DNA from: Phoronis australis
Taxonomy: Eukaryota > Animalia > Phoronida
Assembly: GCA_002633005.1 (NCBI GenBank)
Contig: NMRA01000171.1
Span: 540,669-604,668, forward strand
Direction: 5' to 3'
Length of the DNA stretch: 64,000 bases
The notes below the pieces were generated by a model. It searched no databases, was not told where the DNA came from, and saw nothing but the letters and a program-made list of their open reading frames with translations. The stretch's first letter is position 1. Each line of letters opens with the position of its first letter. A program made the position numbers and the translations under genes. Below are positions 40,593-55,500 of the stretch, in pieces.

Positions 40593-43500
40593 GTTGTGGT
40601 GATGGTGATGATGAAGATGATGGTAAAACTTGATGCTTACGATGACAATATAATCCAAGCCGTGGCCTTGACCTTGGTATATTCACTTCACTTGTCCTTG
40701 GCATGAACACAAAACACACAATGGAAGCAAGCTACCTTTATCAGAGCACTAACAATCCTCATAATTACTCCTCTCTGTCCTAGACTACTGCTCATGTCCA
40801 CTTCAATGGTGCAGAGTTTAAGCCAGTGATGGGATTCAAGTTATTAAGGAATGGACAACTAACAAGGATGGTTTACCGTGCAAATATTCATGGAAGATCA
40901 TTCAACACTCAAGCGAAAATCTCACCTCAATGGGACCAATTGCCATGTCAATGCGGATTTCATTTTCACGAATCTCCTTCAATGCAGCCATAGCCAGACG
41001 AATGTCATCCAAGTCTTTGATTGGCCGACTGAGTCTTTTGGTCAAGTCTTCAATGACCTCAAATATTTCCTCCATTTCTGCATGATATTTAGTGTTACAT
41101 GCTTTCCCATAATGCAGGCGCCAAGCTTTAGTCTCTGTTGTCAAACCCAGTTGCAGTTGTTCTGAAAGTAAATGGTTCCACATTGTTACGCATACGTCGA
41201 CAACAAATGACTAATAACAGGTTTCATCACCTCCAGTATTAGAGAGATTAGGTGAAGTTAAGACGACAAAANCCAAATTTCATGAACGTATGTCAAAGGG
41301 TTTTGGAGATAGAGCAGCGGACGCCGGACGCCAGACGCCGGACGGACGCCGCCCGGACGGACGGACGGACAGAGATGACGGCATAATGCGTCCACATATA
41401 AATATGTGGGCGCATAAAAATGACAAATTCCAGAATACACATTCCTGACATAGGTAAGTCGAGTCTTAAAACTTCCTCTAATTCTGCTAAAGGCATGCTG
41501 GACATGAGTCACAGACCTTACATTAAAGTATAGTCTATTCAGAATTTAAATCTCTGGCCATAGACACAGTAGCCAAACATAGAATACCCTAAAAATAATA
41601 AAATGACCCAGAATTCTCCATCACGATGACTGAGCGCTGGCAGAATTCCCCATCATGACAACTGAGTGCAATGCACCACCAGTTAGCTGGAATGACTGGT
41701 TATTACCCGTCATCACCCAAATGATGGGGAACAGTATTTTGTTTGACTTCTTTTGGTACGTGGTGTACTTTGTCTCTTAAGTTGCACAAAATGAACCAGA
41801 ATTACTTGTCATGACAACTGAACGCAAGCAGAATTTATAAACCGAAGCTAAAATGACCTGCCATGATGGATCTAGAAAGGTTATTCTGACCAATTACTTT
41901 TGACATGTATGGTATAAATTGTTAATTAACAAGAAATTTGTGTGATTAGAGAAAGTACTAACAATAAATATGCAACAACACAAATAGAGAAAAGGCACTA
42001 CTATTTCAATATAGACAAGTCTAGCAGATGAGATCAAACCTTACCAGTGTAGAGTGCAATAGCTCCCACGTCGTATGACTCGGGCTCTGCTTTGATTTGT
42101 TCCTCTAAGTCTTCATAGTAGAGAATCTTTGACTCAAACTCGGATAGTTTAGGCTCTTGTTTCATGAACTCGGCCAGGTCTTCATTGCGGTCCAGTGTCC
42201 AGACTCCACTGTACTTAGAGAACTTATCTAAGGCTGTAGTAACCTCCTGCAATCAATTGATTAGCTTTTTAAGTACAATAGTGCAGAGGATGTTGACCAC
42301 CTAGATCAAGAAATAGATATTTATTCGATACATAAATATGTCTATGGCAGTAAACATCATTTAAAACATTAGTATGACGAAGGAAACATTTCAGCAAAAA
42401 GGAGGATAGCATGAAACAAAGAACACTGGAGTATGATCAAGAAGTCAACAATCTTATGCTCAATCTTAAGTTCAAAGGTCACTGCAAACTGGGAGGTCAA
42501 AGATGATCCCACGTCTAAACACCCACCTTCTTTGTGGAGTTAATGGCAGTAGACAGCAGTGACACCAGTTTAGCAATTTCCTTGTTCTCGGAGACGCTCT
42601 TAAAGTAGTTCTTCATCTGTGGTGTGACCGCCGTTGGGGCCACGCTGTCTTTACCACGCGTGGCGATGTCACTACGTGAGCCTTCAGACGGTGCATTACT
42701 TGTCACGCTGTTTCTTCTCTCGTGCAGATGATCTGAAGACCCCGCCGTGTTCTCCACTTTCTTCCGTCGAGAGCGGCTCCATTGAGACACCCCTTTGGNT
42801 AAGCAGCGCTCCAAGCCGGTAATTTTTTGAGCTTCGTTAGAGAACATAAGTTTAATTTTTGGTGTTGAATTATTTGTGAAATTAATCAACAATTCATAGA
42901 AAACTATCCAGAATTTATTCAGAATAAAATACAGTTCCCTTTTAAGTTCAAAGGTCACTGCAAACTGGGAGGTCAAAGATGATCCCACGTGTAAACACCC
43001 ACCTTCTTTGTGGAGTTAATGGCAGTAGACAGCAGTGACACCAGTTTAGCAATTTCCTTGTTCTCGGAGACGCTCTTAAAGTAGTTCTTCATCTGTGGTG
43101 TGACCGCCGTTGGGGCCACGCTGTCTTTACCACGCGTGGCGATGTCACTACGTGAGCCTTCAGACGGTGCATTACTTGTCACGCTGTTTCTTCTCTCGTG
43201 CAGATGATCTGAAGACCCCGCCGTGTTCTCCACTTTCTTCCGTCGAGAGCGGCTCCATTGAGACACCCCTTTGGAGACAGAGAGGATCATCTGGGCAGCC
43301 TTGTTGACTGCCTGCTGGACCTCGTCCAAAGCTGGCTGCATGGTGATGTTGGGGATAGTCAGCACGGCGTTGGTGTGGAAAAATGGACTGTGGTTCTTCG
43401 ACGATTCATTTATGGAGTCTGAAAGATAATTAACAAATTAATAGACAGATTTGCCAGACAATGATACCAACAAGTGTTTTAATTCATAACAGTAAGTTAA

Positions 43501-46500
43501 AGTTTTCAAGCTACTGGCCATTGTTGCAACGCAGTAAAAACCTATCATAACAGTTTCAATACACAAACTGTTATGGCTAAAACTCTAGGTAACCAGCATG
43601 TGTCAAACATAACTAAACCATCCCAGTTATCGCTGTTGCTGTATAGGAAGACCCAAAGAAATTTTATTTCAACTTAATACGCACATCTTTTCAAAGCTTT
43701 CTTCAGTACTTTCAGAATAGAATTATGCTTTTGTCAGTAGTCAAAATGAGTAGGCAAAGAAAACTGATACAAATCCTTTATTTATCAACGCATCAATACA
43801 TTGTCTCATGTATTCAAACATACCCAGATAATGCAGCATTGAGCTGGATGTGATTCTTTTCCTTAATGACTCCAGAGTGTTACGAGTCACCTTCAGAAGG
43901 GCATCAAGGTTACGATGGTTGAAGTGGTTCAGCAGCTCCAGTGCTGCCTCCTCAAGGGCTTCCTTGTCCTCACGCTTCTTTTTCTTGAGAGCCTGCGCCG
44001 TGGTGGTCGCCTTCTGAGGACCCTGGCGACTACCAGTGCGGGAGGTACGAGAACCCGTAGGGCTCATTGAGCGACTCTTCCTGTCACCATCTAGCAGGGA
44101 CAAGGGAAATATATGGTCAAATTGCTTGGCAAAATAACCTTTGAACTTATTAAAGGAAACTAGCTTGAAGCATTCATAACCACGACAAAGTTAAAGCCTA
44201 AGAATATTTTGTACATCCACAAGATCACAACCACCTGTTGTGACTCATCTAAGTGAATTTCAATCATAGTTTAACAGTCTCAGTTGATTCAGTTGCCTGC
44301 TCTGTTGATCCAACTGTCCGTTCATTTAATTCAAATGCTTAATCATGCATTCATTCCATTCAATTGCTTGCTCATTTGATTCAATTGTCTGCACACTAGA
44401 TTTAGTCACATTTGATTCAGTTCTCCATTTTGATAACAAATGCCTACTCACTCCATTGAATCATCTCACACTTAATTCAATAGTCTACTCATTTAATTAA
44501 ATTGTTCATTCATTTTGATTCAAACAATTGCGCATTCATTGCACCTTCACATGCAATTCAATAATCTACCCAATCAATTAAACAGTTTATTCATTTTGAT
44601 TCAAAACAACCATTCATTCTTCTCAGTTATTCCATTCAGTTGTCTGCTCAAGACATTCAACCAATCGTCTGCCTCACCTTCATCGTCTGCATCCTCTTCC
44701 TCTTCCTTCTCTTCCTCTTGCTCCTCCACTCCACCATACAACATCTCTATCAGTTCATTGGCTGCGTCCTCAACGTTAATACTCTTTGACTGCAGCGTGA
44801 CGGATCCTCGCACACAGAGTGCCTACATCAAAATAACCACAATTTATGTTGATCAGCGATAATTCCCAAAACACCTTTTGTCATGTCCTCTGTTTTCCTA
44901 GGCATTTCACATATTTTACTTCACCATAATCATGAACATACTAGTAAACCTTCAAAAAATCCAACAAAACAGGGGCCAACAAAAATGGTATCTCTATACA
45001 ACACCAAAATAGTGACTTAGAACTACAGAAAGTAAAAAGCAGTTTTTAAAAGTTTTCTGAGCAGGTATAAATCTATTTTGTAAACAATTCGCGCTAACAG
45101 CTACTGCCCTTTCATAATGCTATACCAAGAAGAAGGAAAGTTAGCCTCAGTGTTTTCAAATTAAGATTTACATAACTTATTAAACTAAACCACCAAAGGC
45201 TGTATTAATTCACTATCAAGTGGTCGGATATGGCATAGGAGCCTTCTAAATACTTTAATAAAACAGAAAACTCCTTCATGCTGGAAAGTTTTATCTACAG
45301 GTAAAAAATAAAATATTTACAAAAACTGTCTGCAACGGTCAAATGAATTGTACATTAAAACGTACATTTGTTCTTTCCAGGAAATCTTCAACCTTCCATG
45401 GTTCATCATCTGGCAGCTCACACAGTGAAGTTGTACTCATCTCATGCAGTACCGCATCGATGCGGAACTCTGTCAGGTCATTGGCTCGATCCATAAGTAG
45501 GTCAAGTTTGCCAAGGGCGACGTAGACACAGTCAACATACTCCTTGATGTTCATCGATGTCCAGGTCATCGAGGACACCCCCGGCTCGATTGCAGCGTCC
45601 ACCTTGTTAACATGGTGTTCCATGAGAACTTCAAATGCAGCCGGAATCTTGTCACGCACACGGCGGTTCTCAGTCAATAACAGCTGTAAACAGAACAATT
45701 GTTAGCTATAGAGAGAATGATACAAGTCATTAAACCAGAGAGAATGATACAAGTCATTAAACCAGAGAGAATGATACAAGTTATTACAAGAGAGAATGAT
45801 ACAAGTCATTAAACCAGATGCCAACCAATACAATGTAAATTCAGAATTTATTATACATTTGCAAAATAATACCTGTCATTTCAGTATTATTATATGTTTG
45901 CAAACATACTGCAAGAAAATTCAGAGTCATTAAGCATTTGCAAACATAATACATTTGACTTCAGACTAATTGTATATTTGAAAATAAACAGAATGCACGT
46001 GAATTCAGAATTATTACATTTACAAGAATCAAGTAAATTCAGAAATTAGTATTATACATTATACACACCACCCATCAACACTCGTAGCCCAGAATGATAA
46101 TGAGGCACCAACGATGAAAGACTTTTTTACACCTTTTCCAACAGAAATATAGGACTTTTTTTGGTTTACACCGTACACAATCAGTTTCTCCCCTTAGAAT
46201 GCCTCATACCTACTGAAATTGTAAGGATGGCCACAACCACATTGCACTTCAAATCAAGCAGACTGGCACTACATACAGTAGTTTTCAAAAACATCAGAAT
46301 CTGACAAAATGTCAATTTCTTTTAGACTAGTCAGAATTCATTTTCGTTCTGGCTAAATCTTTGCAGATGCTGTTCCATGCTGTGCATGATGTCGAATTCG
46401 CAACAAAATACTTCGCAAGAGCATTTATAAATAATTAAACAATTACTGGCTATGTGCAATAAGGTTACATTTAACATGACAAAAACGTTTATTTACAGTG

Positions 46501-49500
46501 AAAAGTCTGACTATACTGCCAAAAAATATGGCAAGAAGTTTTTTCAAGTTTAGCAGACTGGTAGAATTGAGTCAAGTTTTTTTAGTTATCGAAGTGGAGC
46601 AGGAAGCTGAGATGAACAGCAGCAAAGAAGCTGAGATAGAACTTACAACAAGAGCATTGTAGTTCTCCTTGAACATTCCTTGTTTTGCTCGCAGAATGTT
46701 AGCAGTATGTGGAATCTCCAGGCCCAGTCGACACATGCATTCTGTTTCACGTATTAGAGTGATGATCTGGGGGTCGAAGTTCACAAACAACTCCTTAGTC
46801 TCTGGGTGACGCACCAGCAGAGATGCGTTGAGACCAGACTTGGCTGCCTCCACCTGCAGAACAAAGTAAAATTTTAAATTATTAAATGACCACATCTTTA
46901 TTTGAAGAAATTGAATAGACTAAAATTTTCTAAACCAAATTAAGAACAGTAGAACCTGAAACTCCACAATCTTCATCTTTAAAAAATTGTTTCTGAGTTT
47001 CCACATTTTAATTTTGAGTTATTTTTTAACATTGAAGTTGATTTTCATGTACTGTAGTCTTTCAATAGAAATCCCTAAGCTAATAGACAGATATACTCTA
47101 GAGAGTCTTGGCAGGACACTTACTCTAACCAAGTAGCTTAACTAATCACTGGCAGGGAAACAACAAAAGTCATTGCTTACCTGGCGAATCCAAGCTCTGT
47201 GATACAGTACTTCATACTCCAGCAGCACCTTGGCCAGTTTGTTAAAATTCTTGATAATTTTTCTTGCCTCCGATGTCTTCAAGATATCGACGTGTTGCTG
47301 GAACACTTCCATTGGCTCTTGAATACGGCGGAACAGCTGACGAGCCCAAGCAATTTTACCTTTAACACACACAAATGGACCGTCACTAACACTTCCCATA
47401 TGGCATTGTTTAATTATGTAAAACAGAAAACATTTTGACGATAAGCCTCAATTATTGCTCCATCACTGTGCGATACACGAGTGTATTTTGATTGACAATT
47501 CTTGATTTGTGCTTGGTTTCTCGGAACGAATAACACAAGTCCTGAAATAACATATGGTTTTCCACAATCTCAACCTGTCCAAGGCAAAGCTTTATAGCTG
47601 CTATGCTGTATTAATCAAAAAAGCCTCAAAATTGGTTCACGTAAGTTTGAAGTTGCACATTTCTGGTGCCCTCTACATTAAAACGTGTTTTTACCAAACT
47701 TGTCACCAGAGATATCTAAGAGTAAAAGTAACCTTGCTTCACCTACCAGAAATAGGAGGGAGGTCCCTTGCCACAGGAGGTTCGTTCTTGTTCTTCTGGT
47801 AGATCTTGGAAACCATCTCAATGTCGCGGCCGTAGTGTGACAGAATACGAGCATACTTCTCCGGGATGCCCAGGTTAGGCAAGTTGAGTCGTTCAAACTT
47901 ACGCAGGAGTTGGAGGGCTCGCGCAGTGCTGGTGATACGCTCAAACCGCTGATCCATGAAGGTCAAAATGCTGGACTGTAATATTTTAATGCCGAGAATT
48001 ACAAACACAGTCACGTGAACAGCTAAAAGTTCGTCACAGTAGATGGTTCCAAAAGATGGACGATAAGAGCTAATCGAAAAAGAGTACAAGCAGCTCGGAT
48101 CAATGGCAGAAGAGTGTTCCAAAACAAAAATGCACCAACTGAAAAGGCCTGATCACAATATATTTTAGTGCCAGAGACGGGTATTATCAGAATATGTCTG
48201 TACCCACTGGATACTATGACCTCACAGATGTGAATATAATGCTATTACCACTTGACTACTGAACAGCACATATTACAATTAGAAAGTCATCCAGATATAC
48301 TTATCTGTAAGTGTTGACAATGTCAGACTACTTAATCCATGTACAACATGCTAGACTAAGTTTACTTAGAATAGATTACACGCAATATAGACTATGTCAG
48401 ACTAGTTTGCTTACGTGCAGTTCCTGGATGGATCTCTTGAACTCATCGTAATCTTGGTCGAACTCCATCTTCCTCTGATCCAGGTAGTCATATGGCTTCT
48501 TCTTCATGCTTGTTACAATCACTTGGAAACGAGAGTTCATCACCTCCATTCCTAGAAGAGCAATAAATTGTACACTACATACGGGTGTAAAAGTGCAGAT
48601 ATCAGAGTCACTGGATTAATGAATCTATCCAGTCTAACCTACTGTCCATGCATCAAGCTACGATATTTTTCTAAATATTAAATTCAGTTGTTTGAGATTG
48701 ATAGCTGATACAGAAATGGTACTTTAGGACAAACCTTAACGTAACCTTTATGAATGAGTTGGCTAATATTATGTTGATCAATTTAAAACAGAACGTCCAA
48801 CAATGATGTTTCAAGACAACAGTATTCTCTTTGCGACAGACAAACCTTCGATCTTGGAGTCAGCCAAGTGCGAGTACATCTCCATTACTTTGAACATTTC
48901 AATGATCTTGGTCATGCGTCTGGCAAATGTGTCAAACTTTCCAAAGATGTACATCTCGGAGAACTCAAACTGTCGCTCGTTGGGCATCTCCTCCAACTTT
49001 TTCTTTGTCTTGTGGAAGCAGCGCTAGTAATAACATTACCATAGCAACAACTCAGAATTCATTTCCCACTTGTTTTACTAAGCACTTAACAATTAAGTTA
49101 ACAGACAGTAGTTTCTGGAGCTCTTAAGCTATTCTTCCTAGCCAAGAGACGTATTCACATTGACGGAAGAGGGGTGAATGCGACAACGAACTGAGAAGAA
49201 CATATAAGCCATACTCACGATTGTGTAACAAGGTAATTATTCACTCACTAAGCAAACAATATGGCCAGCAAGTGAAATTTTGTTTAATGTTTTCAAAAAT
49301 ATAAAAATAAATGAAAATTTTAGTCAATAGTAGCATAGTTCGTACTGTGTAGATGTTGTAAAACAACATTTGGTAAAGTTTACATTAACTGCAGGAAGGT
49401 AATCAGGCTTTGAAAAATGGAAAATGAAAATGATAATTTTCACAATTTGTGCAAAATAAGTGGCGAATTACAACTATATTATACTTTGCTGTGGAAAATC

Positions 49501-52500
49501 AAAAAGTGAGTTATATAATAAAGAAGAATTTCATCAGGCTTGTCACATACAAATTGGCTCTCAAAAGTTTACAGAAATTTTTAGAACAATTATCAACAGA
49601 TTCCTGTGTACTGTTGCTCCTAGCAAACAACAATTTTTTTCTTAGAGAAAGCAGACATTACAATCTTTCAAAAAGAATCAAAGATACCTACCTGGTACTC
49701 CTTGTTGAGAGCGATGCAGTCCTCCAGTTTCTTGATAACATCGTCTGTCGGCTGCGACCAGACCGACTCCACGCCACCATCGGTGATGTAGGCCTTACAG
49801 GCAGTGATCATCTGATTGGTAATCTGAGAGAACAGACGGAGCGATGATTGTTTGATTGATGTTACAGTTCACAATGGGTACAAATATCGGAATAGATTGG
49901 TACTGAAAATCCTTTTGGAAACGGAACAACACATTCATAGGGTCTTGAGTTTTTGGATTACTTTTATAAGAAGCAAAACCAAAACTAATGACCACGAAAT
50001 ATTTGAACAGATACAAACAAGGATTAACTAAAAAAACTGGTAGCAATTCACAGGTTAGACATCTTGACACTTTTTATTTTGAAAACTACTTAATATAACA
50101 AGGAATTTCTCGTTTGCTTACTCAAAATCCTATAGTGTCATAAAATCCTACCTTTACAAAGAGGGAGGTCATCCTCTCGGAGGTATTGTAGTATCGTGAG
50201 ATGCTATGGATCATTCTGATAGCATTGATCAGTCCTGGGATGCCGTCCATCATGCCAACAGGGTTAGAGTTGTAAAGGGGATCACAGAACTTTTCAAGTG
50301 TGTAAAGGAATTTCACATTGTCCTTGGCCTCATTGGCAGCATCCGTGATGCGACGGTCAAGCTCTTGCCATTGCTGTGTGAAAAGAAAACGACATTAATA
50401 GATAAAACATTAAATCCTACATAAAATAAAACAAAATACGACTATTACAAAAAGAATGATCAAAACTAACAGTGAAATAAGACACGTTACTGAATGCTTA
50501 AATGAAATCTGTTAGATAAAAAGATAAAAAAAGAGTTAAGAATTGTCCAAACTTGAATAAAAAATGAACATTTCACCTTATTAGGCATTTTCAACTTGAC
50601 ATGCATCTACCACAGAATGTGTTCAGTTATTAACTTCATTTCATTTAAAAACACTGTCCAGTCTGGACATTCAACTATTCATAATGCTGTCAGGTGCAAT
50701 CAAAATATGGGAGACCGACTTTGCCTTGGTGAAAGTCTACACTCTCTCAGAGCTCTTTAACAATTTGTAAGCTGAATGTTTGCTAATTCGTTACCATGTG
50801 CACAACAAAAGGAGAGACATGAAAACAGATGAACACTGTTCAAACTTCTACTAAAATAATTTATGTGAGAACTCTGTATCAACAGTACAATAATCAGTCT
50901 CTGTTGTGTTTGCCCACATTTTTCCAGAGTTTTGGCCGACACACATACGACCATGCATGCGTATGCCAAACACACATCAACAATTCTAGTTCAAACATAC
51001 ACGTAACCAGTCCTTTAAAGCATCAACCTCATAACCATGACTACAGAAGATGCATTACCTTGATAAGTTTTGACTTTGCCGCATTGAGGACACCCAGAAC
51101 GGCCTTGACATTAGACCCCTTGATCTGATCTAGCAAGTAGTTAAACTTTGACATGCGCTTCTTCCAATGGTCCAGCTCCGCCCTCGGTCCAATGTCGTCT
51201 GCTTCTTTACGCATCTGCTCACTCTCGGCGAGAACCTGAAATAACCAAATTATGTTGAGAAGAAATTTCTAACAGAACAACGCAAGGCATAACTATGAAG
51301 TGGAACTAAAATATGAAAACAATCGTCATCGGGTTGTCTCAAAAATGAGGTACCTTTCTATAGGTCACGCGATGTAACCAACATATGACATGTAAGAAGA
51401 CTCACACTTATTTTTTTAACTGTTTGCGCAATAAGTTAATATCTCAACTCAAATCTTTAACCACTGCCGCAATAAACAGCTGTACAAAGTGGTAGATGAC
51501 TTTTGTAAACGGGTTTAAAATTTAAACAATATTAAGAATCATACCATTTCCATGGATAATCCTGACCCAAAAACAATTTATTTACCCTAAAAGCTATCGA
51601 GAACAATTACCAGTTGCCAAATGAAATCATACGTATTTTGCAATTCTGTACAAAATACACTTAGAAGTAGCTTGTGGCCCTACCTTGTGGCCCTACCTTG
51701 TGGCCCTACCTTGTGGCCCTACCTTGTGGCCCTACCTTGTGGCCCTACCTTGTGGCCCTACCTTGTGGCCCTACCTTGTGGCCCTATTTTATCGCCCTAC
51801 CTTGTCGCCCTACCTGTGGCCCTACCTGAAGCCCTACCCTGGGGCCTACCTGTGGCCCTACCTTGTGGCCCTACCTGTGGCCCTACCTTGTGGCCCTACC
51901 TGTGGCCCTACCTTGTGGCCTTACCTGTTCTATTTGTTTGATCCATATATGCATGCATTCCTCCACAGATTCTAAAGCCTCAGTGCTGTTGGCAACAGCA
52001 ATACAATCTGACGGGTTCTGGATCTTGCTCAGATCATAGGTTGTGCACTCCTTGAGGTCAACGCGTTCATCCAGACTCTCTTGGGCACCTGGAAATGAAG
52101 AACGAAATATCGATTTAGTGTTTAATCACCTCGTGCAATACTAAAAATATGTTACAATTCCTTAAATGCCTCGTTTTTAAACGATGGTACAGGCAATCCC
52201 AAAGGATGGACAAAAGGTCTGGTTTAATAAAATGATGAGCAATTAATAAATAAAACTGACACACAGGGAATACAACCATTCTAAGAACTGAACCAATCCC
52301 TATGGATGTGTAACAATTCAGAAACACACAAATCGGCCAGGGTAACATTCACTAAGGCACGCTCTCCCCAGCTTCCAAGGTATACTGTCATGCGCAACCA
52401 AAGCACACGCAAGCACTCCCGGATCTTTCTTCTTCACTTGCATTCAGCTAGCCTCTTCATGTACACAAGACCAAAATTAAATCTGCATTTTATCATGTTC

Positions 52501-55500
52501 AGCTGGCAAGAACACGAAAACACCAAATTAGGCCTTTCACTTTCATAAAACAGTTTCATAATATTGCTTACTGTAATTAGGATTCTACTTCTGTTACCAA
52601 CAAGAACACAAAAATCATCAGCAATGCAAGAAAACGCTGCAAACTTTATGGGGGTTGGCCAACCCTAAAATTGCAAATTCGAAAATGGTACACGAGCAAA
52701 ATTTCTTTTGACATGAGTTGGTAAAAAAATCAGAATCCTATTACAGTATACAAGATTGATTTTACGAGAATAATAGGTTTAATTAAAATTCCGTTTTTCA
52801 AAATTCCATTTTTCAGCAAGGTAAACAGGGCAAAATGCAGCTGTAACCAAAAGCTTAAAACTGAAAGCTAACACGCTCCAATGCAAATTGTACATACCAG
52901 TCAAAACAGAGACGAATGAGTCAAGGTGGTCAAGGAAGTTCTGTTTGGCGTGCTCTCCAGCCTTGGTCTCCAGAGCACCCCAGCCCTTCTGTAGGTGCTT
53001 GAGAGAGGGAATGTAAAGACTGGACAGGATGTTCTCGAACGCATGTAGAATACCGTGTCCATTACTACCGTCCAACATAGTGAAGGCTACATCCTACAAT
53101 GGAAGGGGTCAAGTGTTGTGTTGTATGAGTGATAAATTGACAAACTATTATATTTTGAGATTATAGAATGTGAAAAGATCTTTTTAACGCATATTTTGAC
53201 AACAATTTTTGCAGTATTAAATCTGTAACAAATGTACACATGCCGAGTAAATTTGAGAGGCTAATATGTGTAGAAATACTTCAAATATGCACCCAAGCAT
53301 TAATTAAAGCTATCACAATAATAACAATAAAAGCCCCACTTTGTAACAACTCATCATAACTTACCTGCACCATATTTTGGTCAGTAATGGTGACGTTGAC
53401 ATCACGTTTAGTGAAGAACAGACACATTCCACGAAGTGGAACATCCCGTCCGTTGGTCAAGAACACTTTAGGTTTGAGGGTACGGACTGGCTTACCACCA
53501 GGGGGACCCAGTCGCAGCTGATCAACTAAAATAAAGTACAGGTCTATGTAATAACTTAGGCATTGGATCTGAACATGTGCTGCTGAAAATGTTACTATGA
53601 CTTCTTACAACATAAGAGAGATAACGGTGATCAAATGAATGTGAAACAGAAACTCTTTTGACGATTTTTGACTTTCAGAGAATTTCATATTTGACAGCAC
53701 AGGGGTACGTTCCAAGAAAACTGTCTTAGCTAAGACAAATCCTAAATTTCAGCCAATTTTAAGATGAAACTAAAATTTGTCTCAAGTCTGTCTCAAGAAA
53801 GAGATGTTAAGTTTGATTTACGTTTTTACTTAAGTTTGGTCTTAATTTTGACTAACTTACCATATTTGGAAGTTCCAAAGTTTGTAAGACAAAAATGAAC
53901 TTGAGTCATTTTCTTGGAACGGGCCCCTGTGCTATATTTCCACACAGATCTCTTCCCACTAGAGTTTTTAGCAATAATTTTTGCAGTATATTTTAGTGAT
54001 CAAGAACTTCTCTTAATATTTACAACAAATGAAGCAGATGAGATTGGAAGCAAAGTGAATAGATTGAAGTCAAAATGAGCGTAATTTTCAGTGCTGCTGG
54101 TTATGTAGGACCCTAGAAAAATGTACAAATTTGGCTAACTTCAGGAATTGCTGATCAGATTTATAAGAAACATTCAAATGTTTTATGCAGAGTTGTCCAA
54201 AATGCTGTAAGTCATTGTATTTAAAATAATCCACTTTTGCATGAGAGGCTATAAACAATACGACTTTTCTGCCTTTCATGAACAAAGTCTTAGATTGCAT
54301 AAAATGAAAGGATATTTTAGAAAACTGAAGCAGAATTTTTGAGAGTTCATCTTTATCCTTCACATAAAATGAAAATTGGTTATGTCATTAAATTGTTGTT
54401 TTAATATCAATACACCATTCTTTTTTGCTAATTTCTTTATAAAAAGACAAGGCCATGTGACCCAATTAATGTCAGAGTGATAGAAAGTCAAAAATCTAAT
54501 TTTTTCTGGCTTTGTACTTTCAGAAAATACATACAATTACCAATAAGAAATCTACAGTTTTGTAGACAATTTGCTTAAAATAAGCACACTTATCATTAGG
54601 GTCCAACAATACCTTAGAAAGAACAAATTTCCTCAGTAGCTAACAGATCAAGATTCATGTCATGCATATTTCAGACCAGAACTTTATACTAACACTAATC
54701 TACCTTGTGCACAAAAATAAACACAGCAATGACAAAAATACAACAAAGGTAAGAACATATGCGAGGGGAGATCCTGTCTGAGGGTTTTTGCATGCAAATC
54801 TGTGGGACAATAACAAGCATCCACAGAGCCAATACAACAGGAACATGCAGGTTATTTACTGGTTAGTAAACAGGCAATAGACAGTTAGCATGTCAATATA
54901 ATGCACAAATCCTCCGAGACAATAAGCTATTCAGAGTCAAGCTAATCCAATATAGAATATCTCACTTATAGTATAACGTCTGCCATCAGAATGTAGGACT
55001 TCTGAAATTGATTTTCCATAGGTGAATGGATAATGACATTTATAGCCGTGTCGTGTCATATGGTTTAATCCGAGGCCAAGAGACACGTTTGAGTGGGCGC
55101 ATAAATAAATCAGACGCAAACACCAAGCGCTCAGTGACAACAATCATTTGAAAACAGATGCATATATAAAATGTGCAAAAATGGCATGCATACTTGATTG
55201 AATATGTAATGCATATGTATATTACATCTTCCTGATATTATGCCTTTATACTAATTTAAGGAAATTTATCATTGTGTCGGATCTGTAGAATAAGAATATC
55301 AAACCTCTTCATCGAAAAGCATGCATTGTTTCTTTCCAACCATGACAAGCCATGCGGCATTACTATATATATATTAGCAAGTTTGAACCACCAAAATGTG
55401 AGCAATTTTCGGGTTTCCTTGAGTACAGTTTAATTTTGTTATTGACTGAAAATGTTTTCATCTACAAAAATAAGCGACTGTTTCAGATAGAGAAGACGTA

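Noticed and set aside
40395-40719. Poly-His and poly-Ser ORFs
   Set aside because: They are artefacts of the (ATG)n microsatellite.
42527-42798. Second mutually exclusive exon pair (exon 18 duplicate)
   Set aside because: The copy is ~99.7% identical including intron flank, truncated at an N and lacks an acceptor, so it fits an assembly/haplotype duplication.
4873-50424. Many plus-strand ORFs overlapping dynein exons
   Set aside because: They are antisense shadows of the coding exons with no independent evidence.
51671-51924. Possible CRISPR-like array (also 36751-36942 and 471-805)
   Set aside because: Eukaryotic intron context, head-to-tail repeats without unique spacers, and no cas genes.
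51621-51975. Plus-strand ORFs with repeated [13 protein letters not shown]
   Set aside because: They are translations of the 13-bp minisatellite, antisense to a dynein intron.
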